Origin: Eledone cirrhosa
Lineage: Eukaryota
Length of the DNA: 64,000 bases
Assembly: GCA_964016885.1 (NCBI GenBank)
Contig: OZ024748.1
Location: forward strand, 43,338,001 to 43,402,000
Direction of reading: 5' to 3'
Part shown: positions 52,620 to 64,000 of the stretch, in pieces
Position numbering within the stretch: position 1 is the first letter of the stretch
How the letters are laid out: each line of letters begins with the position of its first letter
The notes under the pieces: model-generated
What the model was told of the DNA's origin: nothing
Databases searched by the model: none
Seen by the model: the letters and a program-made list of their open reading frames with translations, nothing else
Translations under genes and position numbers: made by a program

Positions 52620-52869
52620 TAATGAAATGACAGGAGGCTGGATTTGTGTAAATCCTTGAAAGGTTTATTATACTATGATCATTTCAATGACCGGGTTCCG
52701 TATGAATCCGGTGATATCATCAGGTATTCGAAATATAATACGTGAATGTAATAGATAAAATCCATGGGGCTGAAAATCGAGGACCCGAAGGCGACCGCTA
52801 TTCTGTTCCTTCAACCTCAGCCGGCCGCCCTCGAGCGACAAATCCAGCCTCCTGTCATTTCATTATAAT
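52616..52869 (-). mobile_element. Short non-coding element with 32-bp terminal inverted repeat and an internal hammerhead
   Basis: attataatgaaatgacaggaggctggatttgt ... acaaatccagcctcctgtcatttcattataat. Homologous to 46918-47078. Confidence 0.75.
52670..52727 (-). ncRNA. Minimal hammerhead ribozyme motif
   Basis: AUAC-CUGAUGA-uauc-ACCGG...CCGGU-cauu-GAAA-UGAUCA-UA-GUAU-AAUAAA. Confidence 0.8.
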
Positions 52870-53019
52870 ATTTAACTCCGTAATAGCACCACCAACTACA
52901 AAAACAAAGACGGTTGAACTGCTTTACGTTGAGTACTCTCTATATTATTGCATTACGATTGACCATACGGAATAGACCAGCTCTATACAGTGGTGAACCT
53001 CAAACCTGAATATATATAT

Positions 53020-53227
53020 ATAGGAACGAGTAGGACCCCGACGGCTGAGTTCAAGCCGTTTCGACCAGCTAATTCTGGACTAGAATTCTGAGTCCAGAAT
53101 TAGCCGTCGAAACGGCTTGAGCTCAGCCGTCGGGGTCCTACTCATTCCTATTACCCACTCTACTACCCTAAGTATTGAGTACTTTGGTGCGTTATGGTCC
53201 ATCTGGTTCCTTACCACATTTCCTTCG

Positions 53228-53305
<78 letters not shown>

Positions 53306-53358
53306 CAGGTGGACCATAATGCACCAAAGTACTCTATACTTAGGGTAGTAGAATGGGT
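53020..53358. repeat. Two adjacent inverted repeats (53020-53151; 53153-53207 with 53304-53358)
   Basis: Arm pairing is visible. The first shares sequence with 45369-45425; the second contains the gtattgagtac tail motif also seen at 47182 and 49192. Confidence 0.8.
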
Positions 53359-53799
53359 CCTGACTCTTTTCCTATATGTATATATATATTAAAAAAAAGA
53401 AGATCGGAGGCCATATTCAGTTGATTCAGGTTTATTTCAAACTCCGTTATACACTGAGGACTATCAGTTATGATAGCCCGAGCTCTTCAGGCGGCAAAAC
53501 CTAAAAATAAACATTGAAAGTTCATAAGAAACCTTTAAATTTGGAAAAATCCAATAATTTCCCCGAAAAGGGATTTTCTTTTCATGATATAAGGGGCCGG
53601 CCGAACACGTGGTGTTGTTTCTTCGACGGCCTTTCACATTTAAAGGTATCTTAGGAAATTTCAATGTTTAGGTCAATCCATACTTCCATTCTATTTCTCA
53701 GAATTAGAAGCTTTGACCACTTGATAGAATTCAGGCCCAGTAATGTAATCACTCTGTAATTGTAAACATCTTGTATCACTATCATTCAGGTTTTGATTT

Positions 53800-56700
53800 T
53801 ACTGATGTCTTGCCCATGTGTTTTGTTTTTTTTTGTTTTCTGTTTTTTTTCACACAAACTCACAATTTCGGTTTTTACTGCGAACTATAACGCAAACTCA
53901 CAGCCTTAGATTTTGTATTTCTAGCGTTTTTATTTTCCTTCTCTTTGCATGTTCAGTGCTCTTTCTCTCCCACTGTATTTACCTGCCTCTCACATGACCA
54001 CACTCCTCTCCACGCACTCATAATCTTCTCCACTTTCTATCCCTCCCCTTGCTCACCCCTTACTTCGTCCTCGCGCACAGCCCACCTAGGTATTCGTTCA
54101 ACCCGTCGGTCGCCTGATGTTTCGACCGAACTATCACCGGCGATTGCCGATTGCTAAAGTTGCCACCACTTTAACCTAGTCCACTCTAGGTGGCGGTGGC
54201 ATGCGTCGAACGACCAAGAGACCTGCTTGGTGGAACGACTATGTGACAAACGGTCAGCCTTCGACCTCTCATTCTCCACCAACTGCGGCACGAGAGAGCT
54301 AACTTTCCCCCACCTACCCCTCCTCCCCTTCACGGCAGATTCCGAACGAATCCAACCCGGCGAACCACACCACCCCTACAACTGTTAGCTCACCACCCAA
54401 CCTCCGCTCTAGTCCCACAGTTAGAACCACTGCTGTCTCCTTTACTGACTCACTCCCTCCACCGAATTCCAACGCTGGCCCTCTACTGCCGGCTGCTGTT
54501 AGCCCGCCACCTGATTGCTCTCTCTGTGCCCGCACTAGCCGGTACTTAAAGACAATTAAATGTCACCTATGCCACGCAAGCTACCACATGTCGGCATCAC
54601 CAAAGTTCAAGCCGAAAGGCTTCAACACGACCTGTAATCGGTGCCACTTCAGCTCCGACGTATTCCGTGGGGATTCCCCACCCTTTGACACCAACTCTCT
54701 ACCGACGACTTTGCCACAGCCCTCCAGAGCTTCTCCAAATCAAAGCTCGTTAATCGGATCCCTAAGGGAGCTCGGAATAGCTTTACACGTGCCCTTTCTA
54801 ATTTACTGAAAAACGTTTGCTCGTCCAACATTAGGTCTGACTGGCAGAAATTGTTTTTGTTTCCCCCTCATCTCTCTTCACGTGCACAATGAGAACTCGG
54901 GTTCCCTCACGTCCTCTCTCAAGCGGCAGTTCCAGCTGTTTGAGTCCACCCCAACCACGTCTCATCTCAGTTCGACACCGAGCTCGGTGTCCACCAACAG
55001 ACAACCGGTAGACCTCAAGCGAGCGGTCACTGGCAAATTCAGCGTATTTGACATTAAAGGGGCTGTTCGTCTCCTCTCTTCTCTGTCCCCACTTGCTCCG
55101 TGCAACTCTGATTCTCTTGAGCGTCTGAAAGAGAAGCACCCATCGGCACCCCCTGATGATCAGCTACACTGGCCCGAACCATTAGAATACTCGAGACCGG
55201 TTTACACCACCGATATCATCAGAAAGGCGATTTCATCCTTCCCCGCTGGATCAGGCGCAGGAATTGACGGCCTTCGTCCTCAACACCTCAATGATGATAT
55301 CTCCTTATCGGCTGGTGACGCCGGTCTCGAGCTCTTGGAGAGTCTGAATCAGTTTGTGAATCAGTTCTCTTCAGTGAACGTTCTCCCGTTCATCCGGCAA
55401 CTGTTCTTCGATGCGAAGCTATTTGGTCTCACCAAGCCCAATGAGGACCTGTGCCCCATTGCGGTTGGCTGCACTCTTTGCCGCCTCACTGCAAAGGCGT
55501 GTTTGTTGTTGGTCTCCGACTCACTGGCGGAGGAATTTTCCCCCATCCAGCTGGGGGTGGGTACCAGGTTGGGATGTGAGGCTGCTGTCCACGCTGCCAG
55601 AGCATTTACCAACTTACCCTCCTCGTCCCCCAAGGTCATCCTCAAACTTGACCTCAGGAATGCCTTCAACTCCGTCAGCCGCGACATCGTCCTCGGCTCA
55701 GTAAGAGAGAGGGTCCCACGACTCTACCACTTTGCTTGGCAGGCTTATCGGGAGCCCTCCTACCTCTCTTTCGGTGACCAGATCATCACCGCTGCCTCAG
55801 GAATCCAACAGGGTGATCCACTCGGGCCTGCACTGTTTGCACTGGGCATTGATGACCTCACCAAGATGGGGGTTGAGTTAGACCTCAATGCCTGGTACCT
55901 CGACGACGCCTGTTTGGAGGGAACTCCGGATATGGTTCTCGCCACTGCCAACAGGATGGTGGAGGAGCTTGGCCGCCGGGGTCTCCAGATCAATAGCTCC
56001 AAATGTGAGCTCTGGATCCTCAACCACCCGGCTTCTCAACACCAACAGCTGATCGACCTGTTCGCAGGGTCCTTCCCTTCCCCCGTCGGTTTGGTGCTCC
56101 TTAGGAGCCCCAATCACAGACCTGGCCTTCGAGTCAACCTTCCAATCGAAGATGGTTGGCCTTGGGCTGCTGCTGAGGAATATCGAAGTTATCGAACCCC
56201 ATCAAGGTTTCTTCATATTCAGGAACTACCTGTCTGTTCCTAAGCTTCTGTATCTTCTCAGGGTCAGCCCCTCTCACAGATTTCTGTCTTGCCTCCAACG
56301 CTTCGACGACCTAATCGTCGAGAGACTCGAGTGCCTGGTCAATGTTAGACTCTCTCCGGAGTCCCGCGATCAGGCTGCGTTGTCCAAGCGATTTGGGGGT
56401 CTTGGTCTTCGTAAGTGTTCGTCCCTCTCTCTCCCCTGCTTCCTTTCCTCCACCCTGGGGAGCAGCATCCTCTCCTCTCCAACATGGACTAGTTTCAACA
56501 GGGAGTTGGGTGAAGCTCTCCAGCAATGGAGTGAGTTGGGCTTGTCTCTTCCTGAGAAGGTGGAGGACAGTCGAAGTCAGAGAGTTTGGGACAGCATAAG
56601 TTCGAAGGCCACCTTCGACTCCCTCTTCGTCCAGTCAGATCAGTTTGTAAGGTGCCGCTTACTATCTGCCAGCGCCAAATACTCAGGCGACTGGGTCGAT

Positions 56701-57640
56701 GCCCTACATGTGGCCTACTCAGCCTGGATGAACTTCGTGTCTCCATCACCCTCAGAGTCTGCATGGGTTTGAGGTGCCGATTCGGCAATCTCCTCGACTC
56801 TACAGGCCTCCACGGTCTTTCTTGCCGCCTGAATGCCGGCCGCTTCGCGCGTCACACGGCGCTAAACCTCATTCTGAAGAGAGCTTTGGCCCGGGCGAAT
56901 ATCCACTCAGTCTTGGAACCATCTGGGTTGTCTAGAAGTGACAGCAAAAGACCTGACGATCTTACTCTGTGCCCCTGGTCGAGAGGCAGGTGCCTTGTCT
57001 GGGACGTCACTGTTAGTGACTCTTTTGCACTTTCCCACATCCTGGATGCTGCGGTTAGGACGAGAGCCACAGCTTCTGCAGCCGAGCGGAGTAAGACCCT
57101 CAAATACTCTGATCTGTCGGCCAGCTACATTTTTCAGCCTGTGGCTTTCGAGACGGTTGGGGGAGTCGGGCCGCTGACTGAGAGGTTCCTTTCCTCACTG
57201 GCGGCTCGCTTAATAGAGGTGACTGGCGAATCTCGCGAGGACGCTTGGCTGTTTCAGCGCATCAGCCTCGCCATCACCCGGGGCAACGCTGCGAGTGTGC
57301 TGGCTTGCCTCAAAAATCATTAGAGAGGTTGCCCAGTACACGCGACATTGCTGTCTTTTGCTCTGGTGTTGGCTCTGTTATTCACCCTTTCCTTTACATT
57401 TTCTTTAATATTGTAGCATTGAAGGAATATATCTTTCATTGTATCATCCTTTGTAATGTTACCGAGGCATTTGTAATGTTATTTATGTATATATTTAAAA
57501 CATATTTGTTATGTTATTCTACTGTAAATTTATTTATATGCTGTTTATATTTTTATTCTGAAGGAATTGCAAACGATTTGTAATGTTTGTGCAACTATGA
57601 AGGATATATATTTATGAAATAAAGTATATATCATCATCAT
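53800..57640 (+). mobile_element. CRE-clade non-LTR retrotransposon (RT plus restriction-like endonuclease), frameshifted
   Basis: ORFs 54882-56243, 56152-56772 and 56586-57323: GSGAGIDGLRP, LDLRNAFNSV, GIQQGDPLGPALF, WYLDD, GGLGLR, HGLSC..RH, KRPD..WDVTV..AE..K..KY..FETVG. AATAAA and (tca)n at the 3' end; the 5' boundary is approximate. Confidence 0.85.
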
Positions 57641-57788
57641 TATATATATATATTTTTTTTTTTTCAGAAATAAAAGGTAATTTTAGAAAGATCTCCCAGG
57701 GGTTCAAAAGAGGGGGTAGGGGTTGGAGAACTTTGTCGTTCTTTACAGATAAAAAAATTTGTTGTGTGTGTGTGTTTATTTATATATA

Positions 57789-58530
57789 CAGGGTGCGGAC
57801 GATATTTGTTTGCAAGATTACTGTCTAGGAAAAATAACACAGTAGTTTTATTTTTTAAGATATATTTATCAAACTTGGATCAGTTTGTCTTCATGACTTG
57901 TTCTTTCGATCTCACTCGATAAACCCGCCATTGGCTTTGATGACGGCCTCGGAACTGGCTACAGACCTTCGTCACTGTCCCTCGACTTAGGCCCCTAAAA
58001 GCACTTGTGATCCTGGCCTTCAGATAGTCTTTCGTATTGCAGCTAGATCTGTTGGTGTCTCGTTCCACTGCGCCCCACACAAAGAAGTCGAGGGGGTTGC
58101 AGTCAGGCGATCTGGGAGGCCAGATGTCAGGTGAAGTGTGGTCGACGAAGTTCTCTGACAGCCAGGCTTGGGTCTTTCGGCTGGTATGGCAGGGCGCTGA
58201 GTGTTGCTGCCACACGTACGGCCTACCTGCAGCTACCTGGTCGATCCAGGGCTTTACTACCTCGCTCAGAACGCGGATGTAGCTATCGGTGTTCAGCTTG
58301 AGGCCCTCAGGGAAGAAGTGAGATGGCATGACGTCACCTTGACTGCTGACGACACCTAAGACGAATGTTGTCGCTGGAAACTTTGTCTGGATGACTCTAG
58401 GCACGTCTTTGGATGAGACACCATTCTCCTGCTGACGCTGAGAAAGTCTGAAATTTCCTTATTTGTCCTCCCGGCGCAGATTCCAAGAACTCCGTGTCTC
58501 TTCCACAAATTTGGAGGTTCAAAATTTTAT
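57789..58530 (-). mobile_element. Second copy of the deleted DD37D mariner element, lacking its 5' TIR
   Basis: TA|cagggtgcggacga TIR; ORF 57880-58404 is highly similar to 8440-8961. Confidence 0.88.
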
Positions 58531-58534
58531 GTGC

Positions 58535-58915
58535 ATAATACGCCCTGAAATTTCATGAAAAGTCGGCTAGACGTAACGCCTCAAAAAAGCCCTAAAATAC
58601 TGAAAAATGAAGTTTTTTACCTAATGCGGGCCCTAGGCCATACTAAAGTTGGATTATCTTTGCTCACGGTATGAAGAAGAGACTGACTAATAGAATTTCA
58701 AGGAAATCGGTCTGACGTAACGCCTCAAAAACCCCCTAAAAAGCTGGAAAAAAACGCAGTTTTTCCATCTAATGCGGGCCCTAGGGGAACATAAGTTGAA
58801 TTTGATGTGCATAACACTCCCTGAAACATAAGTAATACACATGTAAAGTTTGAAAAAAATCGGTTGCGTACTTCTCGAGCTTTAGGGATTTTTAGGATAT
58901 TAGTATCAGTGTATA
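58535..58915 (+). mobile_element. Possible non-autonomous Helentron/HINE-like element with a ~155-bp internal duplication
   Basis: aaatttca...tcgg...gacgtaacgcctcaaaaa.ccctaaaa...ctaatgcgggccctagg occurs twice. The aagtttgaaaaaaatcggttg end motif resembles 44060-44155. Confidence 0.35.
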
Positions 58916-59013
58916 TATATATTATCAAGAATGACAATAAATGCAGGTGAGTGTTGTGACAAGGTTTTACTTCACAGAAGTCAAATAAATTAATATAAAT
59001 AAGTGTTACCACA

Positions 59014-59357
59014 TGTAGATGTTCAGTTGGTCACAACTCCCAGACTGGAGTGTGTAGAGAAGAACAGAAATCTTCTCTTGGAGGTGTTCAAGTATTTCTT
59101 TAGGCTGCCGGTATTCTTCTTCTTGCGGGCGAAGGAAGTGAGACAGGAGTCATCTCTTGACAAGGTCTCGGGTGTTCTTGTTGTCCCTTCGAAGTTCAGG
59201 ATGCGAGAGAAGCTTATGCCTTGACAGTCCTCAAATGTATAGTCCCCAGGGGGACGCAACTCCATTTAGTACATAAATCTGCCAATGGGGGTCGCGCCCG
59301 TCGCAAAGGGACGTAACTCCTATACGTGCTGAGTCACAGCCGTAAGGGGGCGCTACA
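59014..59357 (-). repeat. Putative 3' LTR
   Basis: Polypurine tract ggaggaggg (59361-59369, minus) followed by TGTAG...CTACA termini. No matching second LTR was seen in the window. Confidence 0.45.
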
Positions 59358-59536
59358 GTACCCTCCTCCAGACGCTAGGCGAAAAGCCCGAAGGTAACTG
59401 CAGCGAACCCACAAGCATGGGCTCCCAGCACAGGCATGAAATGGTAACGAGAAGGTACAATCATGAAATGGTAACGAAAGGTACATGGTAATACAATAAC
59501 GAGAAAAACAAAAAAAATAAGGCTCCAGTGGCCAGT

Positions 59537-60730
59537 TCACATGAAAACAGTTTGGCAGAGTTTTTTGGGCCAGTGGACTCTTCGCCCGGAACGGGTTGTG
59601 GTCTTGTATGTAGGTGAAGGTGGGGCAGAAGGAGCAGGTGTATGCACAAGAGAGAAATATTGGGGTATTTGTGGATCGGGTGTATGAGCGTCATTGTATG
59701 CCCTTTTTAGTCTATCCACCGAAATTGTCTCTCTGGATCCCTTAATGTCTACAGTGAAATGTTTATCAGAACGAGCCAACACATGATAGGGTCCAGAGTA
59801 TGGTTGTGTGAGAGGTGGTCTCACAGCATGGTTTCTTACGAACACATGGGTCCACGAGGCAATATCCCTCGGGACTGCAGATTTTACAGTTTGTTTCCTC
59901 GTATCCATCGGCGGCAGGTCCTGAAAATAAGAACGCAGACGGGATACGTAGGAAAGCGGATCTTGTGCAGCAAGATCGACAGGGGCAAGCATTTGCTCAG
60001 GTAACGCTAGAGGAGCACCATATAATAATTCGGCCGGGGAGAACCCAAGGTCCTCCTTTATTGATGACCGAATCCCCAACAACACAATAGGGAGGTACTT
60101 GCTCCAACGCGTAGAGTCAGGAGAAGTCCGTAGAGCGGCATTTAGTTGTCGGTGGAAGCGCTCCACCATTCCATTAGAGTCAGGATGATATGCAGTCGTT
60201 CGAATGCGTTTAGCGCCGATGATTTTCGTTAATTCATGGAAGAAATTCGATTCAAACTGCCTTCCACGGTCTGTGGTAATTGACGTTGGTACTCCATATC
60301 GAGCGATCAATCCAGACACAAGAGCACGTGCTGTCGTCTCAGCAGTGATATCTTTCAAGGGGATGGCTTCAGGCCATCGCGAAAAACGATCGATAACAGT
60401 CAATATGTAATTATGACCACCGCTGATTGGCCAAGGTCCCATGATGTCCACATGAATGTGGCGGAAACGGCCGTCCAGTGTACTGAAAGTACCGAGCGGA
60501 GCCTTAATGTGTTTATGGATTTTCGATTTCTGGCAAGCGATGCAGGAACGGCACCAAGCAGTAATATCGCGCCTCATATTTGGCCAGAAGAATCTGGCTG
60601 TTATGAGCTTTACTGTGGCAGAAGATCCTGGGTGAGAAATGTTGTGCAAAGCAAGGAACACAATTCGACGGTGAGTCTCAGGAACAAGTGGTCGTGGTGA
60701 ATCCGTAGATACATCACATAGAATCGACAA
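59537..60730 (-). pseudogene. Gypsy integrase
   Basis: [42 protein letters not shown]. Confidence 0.92.
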
Positions 60731-62593
60731 GGGCAGATATTTGAAGATGCAAGTCGCAAATTAGGCAGAAAGAGTATCCAACGATTGGAGTGCAGGCTGG
60801 TCTGCAGCTAAACGACCTGAATCGATCTCCTGATGAGATGGAGCTGATTGGCAAACGTGACAATGCGTCTGCAGCTATGTTATGCGAGCCAGCAATGTGC
60901 TGGATATCATTTGTAAATTGCGAAACGTAGTCCAGGTGCCTTGTCTCTCTGGGCGAATAGCTGTCGGCTTTAGCCCTCAAAGCGAAGGTCAGAGGTTTGT
61001 GGTCGGTTAAAACTGTAACATTTCTCCCCTCAAGAATATGAGAAAAATGTTTCACCGACAGATATATGGCTAATAATTCCCGCCCAAACGTGCTGTAACG
61101 CGTTTCTGCTGGTTTTCGCTTCCTCGAGAAAAATGCCAAAGGTTGTTGGTTTTCAGCGTTGAACTGCTGTAAAACTGCTCCCACAGCGGTATCAGATGCA
61201 TCAACACAAAGCGAAAGCTTGGCCTCTGGTACCGGGTGGGCTAGCAAAGATGAACTAGCGAGTGCTGTCTTGGCAGTCTGGAAGTCTTGAAGCTGTCTTT
61301 GTGTCAAGGAAATATCCTCATTCTTCTTACGACGATTTTTCAATATGTCAGTAAGGGAAGATAGCAAATTATCACAATGAGGAACGAAACGCCTATAGAA
61401 ATTGATTAGGCCTATGAAGTGACGCAACTGGTGAAGTGTAGTAGGCGGAGGTAAATCCTGTATGGCTTGAACTCGCTGAGGTGGTCTAAAAAATTTAGCG
61501 AAGTGGAACCGAAAACACACTTTGCGGGATTCACACGAACGCGGTAATCCTGAAGTCGCCGAAATAAGAGATGCATGTGGCGCATATGCTCTTCCGGAGA
61601 GGAACTAGCGACGAGAATATCATCTATGTAAGCATAAACGAAGTCCAGACCACGCTGAAAAGTGCTAGCGGCGTTCCTGAGCCCGAAAGGCATGGTCAAA
61701 AATTCGAAGGATCCGAAAGGAGTTGTAATCGCCGTTTTCGGAATATCCTCCTTCCTGACCGGAATTTGGTGGTAGGCTCGCACTAAATCTAGTTTTGAGA
61801 AAATCTTACACCCATGCAGTGAAGATGCAAAATCCCGGAGATGGGGAATGGGATACCTATCCGGGACGGTCATGGCATTTAACCTTCTATAATCCCCAGT
61901 GGGTCTCCAGTCGCCGGAAGTCTTGGGCACCATGTGTAACGGTGAAGCCCAAGGACTCGTAGATGGGCGAATAATGCCCAGCTGCAGCATATAGTCGAAC
62001 TCGGACCGTGCTGCCTTTAATTTGTCCGCCGGTAAGCGGCGCGGACGGGAAAACACTGGAGCACCGGTGGTGGAAATGAAATGTTCAGTTGAGTGTGTTG
62101 GCTCAGTGACTCGAAAATTTCCATCGGTGAGCTCCGGGAAAGAACCTAACAACGAATGGTAGGCGTCTCCAGCGGCAGCGATGAAGAATATGGGGCTGAC
62201 TGTTGGAGCATCGGCTTTCCGGCCACGAATTGAAAAACCGGTGATGTCATTCACCACGCGTTGGCCACGGACGTCCACAGTCAAAGAGAAGATGTGGAGG
62301 AAATCCGCTCCTAAGATAGGGTATGGCAAATCGGCAACCGTAAAAATCCACTTAAAATCCCTACGAAGATTTAGGAACTTAAGAGGAAGCGAGATTTTCC
62401 CGTACGTCTTTATAGACGAGTGATTAACTGCCTGCAGAGTAACGAATGACTCTACGGGGGTAACTTTCAGGCAATGGACCGGCCAAATACTACAGGAGGC
62501 TCCTGTATCCACGAGGAAACCTCTTCCCGACCTAAGGTCCTTAACGAAGAAATGTCGGTTTGGTGGCTTTATATTGAGGTCAACTGCCCCCAT
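60714..62593 (-). pseudogene. Gypsy protease-RT-RNase H (frameshifted, small deletions)
   Basis: ORFs 61412-62593 and 60714-61520; a deletion lies between FQR and [11 protein letters not shown]. Confidence 0.9.
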
Positions 62594-63363
62594 CAGCGGA
62601 CCTCTTTGGCGTTTCCTGCCTTATGAAACGAGCAATGTTGCACACAGTGGTTCGCGCTCTCAGCAAATCGCTCATGGTACCAGTATAAAGATGAACCTGG
62701 TGACTTGGAACGACGTCTAAAAGATTGCGATCTCCCGCAGCTGCGGGGGCTCGAACGGGCACCACACCAGGCCTTCATCTTCTGGAGCTCCAGAATAGCC
62801 TTCTGCATCGTCATAATAGCTGAGCTGTATATAGGAGCTGCCGCGCAGATGGCATGGCTAGGTGTGGCCTGAGCTGGGTGGGAAACAGCGGCAAGGGCTT
62901 CGCTGCCTCCAGCACCCGTCACTTCGAAAACTTTGTCCGCTGAGGCGGCAAGCTGATCCACCATGCAAGTATGCCTAATGGGGGCCAAAATTGCCTGTAC
63001 GTTGGTCGGTAGGCACGAGAAGAACAACTGCTTCAGCATGGCAGGTTCCGCTACCGACCCCTCCGTTAGGTCCTTCATTCGCCTTAGGAGGTTCGATGGG
63101 GTGCCATCACCTATATGCTCCAGACGGACCAGAGCCCTAAATCTTTTTTCTGCAGACTGTGCAGTCCGGCTGAGTATTTCAGCCTTCAGAGACTTGTACG
63201 TCGCGTCGGTGGGTGTCTCTAACACCAGGTCCTTAATCGCTGGGATAAGTGCCGGCGGAATTGCACTAAGGACAATTCTGTTTGCCTCGAAAAATGCTTC
63301 GAGTTGGGCGAACCAGAACCTTACGTCGCCTGTGTACGTAGGTAGAACAGAATGAGATGCCAT
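62593..63363 (-). pseudogene. Gypsy gag
   Basis: MASHSVLPTY..FWFAQLEAFF...PSNLLRRM...LPTNVQAIL...CHCC-like end. Confidence 0.8.
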
Positions 63364-64000
63364 TGGTATACCGTAGGTAATTTGCCAAAAAAAAATCGTC
63401 TCCGTTTGGAAAAATGTCTCCAACACAACAGAAAAGGAAAACAAAATCGCTTATTTTTCTTTGTCAAACAACTGGACAGGAAAAAGAATGCATCCGGGTC
63501 AATATGCAAAGGAGCGACTAACCGAGCGATGTCATTAATAAGGTATAGGCAGGGAACTTAAAACTAAAACCAACATGGTGGACTATTTCGCGGCAAAAAC
63601 ACTATTCATGGAGAAGAAAGCCGCCATCTTGTCATCCTCAAAACTTTTAGCCAGAGAAAAGAAGAAAAGAAGAAAAAAAAAGGAAAAAACATTCATACAA
63701 TTGCTGTTTGTTTGTGTGTAAATAACTTTGGGTGTTCGTTTTGCACATATGAAGAGTTTGATGTTAAGTGTTACAGAGAAATATGTTTAGATCGGTCAAT
63801 ACAGCCATATCAGAATCAAGTGTGTTGTTCTGTATTAAATGTTTTTTTCTCTCTTTTTTTTTTTATATACACATGGTACTATTTCCCATTTTTTTTTTTT
63901 TTTAAACGTCAAGTCACCAATTTAGCAGTTAAGAGTGTGTTATTGTTAGTAGCGCCATGAGTGACCAGTTCTGTAGAAAGATGTGGTAAGAACATCGACA

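Larger units (their letters stand above)
59014..63600 (-). mobile_element. Ty3/gypsy LTR retrotransposon (CsRn1-like), defective
   Basis: gag with a degenerate CHCC motif (YWYHERFAESANHCVQHC), protease LVDTGA, RT YIDD, RNase H DASD..ELLA..TDHKPL, integrase HHCC/DDE/GPY. The order PR-RT-RH-IN is gypsy-type. Upstream boundary uncertain. Confidence 0.92.

Noticed and set aside
63955-64000. PBS (tggtcac on minus) and end of the gypsy 5' LTR at about 63972
   Set aside because: Suggestive, but the available 29 bp do not match the putative 3' LTR end; needs the next window.

Overview
Repeat-dense, AT-rich animal DNA. The SINE/RTE content and (TA)n density suggest a cephalopod such as Octopus; this is inference. 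One host gene is visible: the first three coding exons of an extended synaptotagmin (ESYT-like) on the minus strand (50382-50020, 29290-29249, 27548-27411). Its introns are long (about 20.7 kb, 1.7 kb and probably >27 kb). The introns and upstream region are filled with decayed mobile elements: two Helitrons (one with a spliceosomal intron and a 34-bp internal array), DD37D (maT) mariner derivatives, and RTE LINEs carrying a PHD-type finger just after the RT palm. Also present are five stacked L1/Tx1 copies in a (TATC)n tract, a CR1 and an R4/Dong 3' fragment, a CRE-clade REL-endonuclease element, a CsRn1-like Ty3/gypsy element, TTAA MITEs, tRNA-derived SINEs and several minisatellites. The most striking unexplained structure is a set of at least 8 short minimal type I hammerhead-ribozyme motifs (CUGANGA...GAAA, short or palindromic stem III). 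Most lie next to (TA)n tracts and upstream of an AATAAA, and several sit in foldback inverted repeats whose fold point lies inside the ribozyme. All coordinates were read by eye; no folding, alignment or database search was run.
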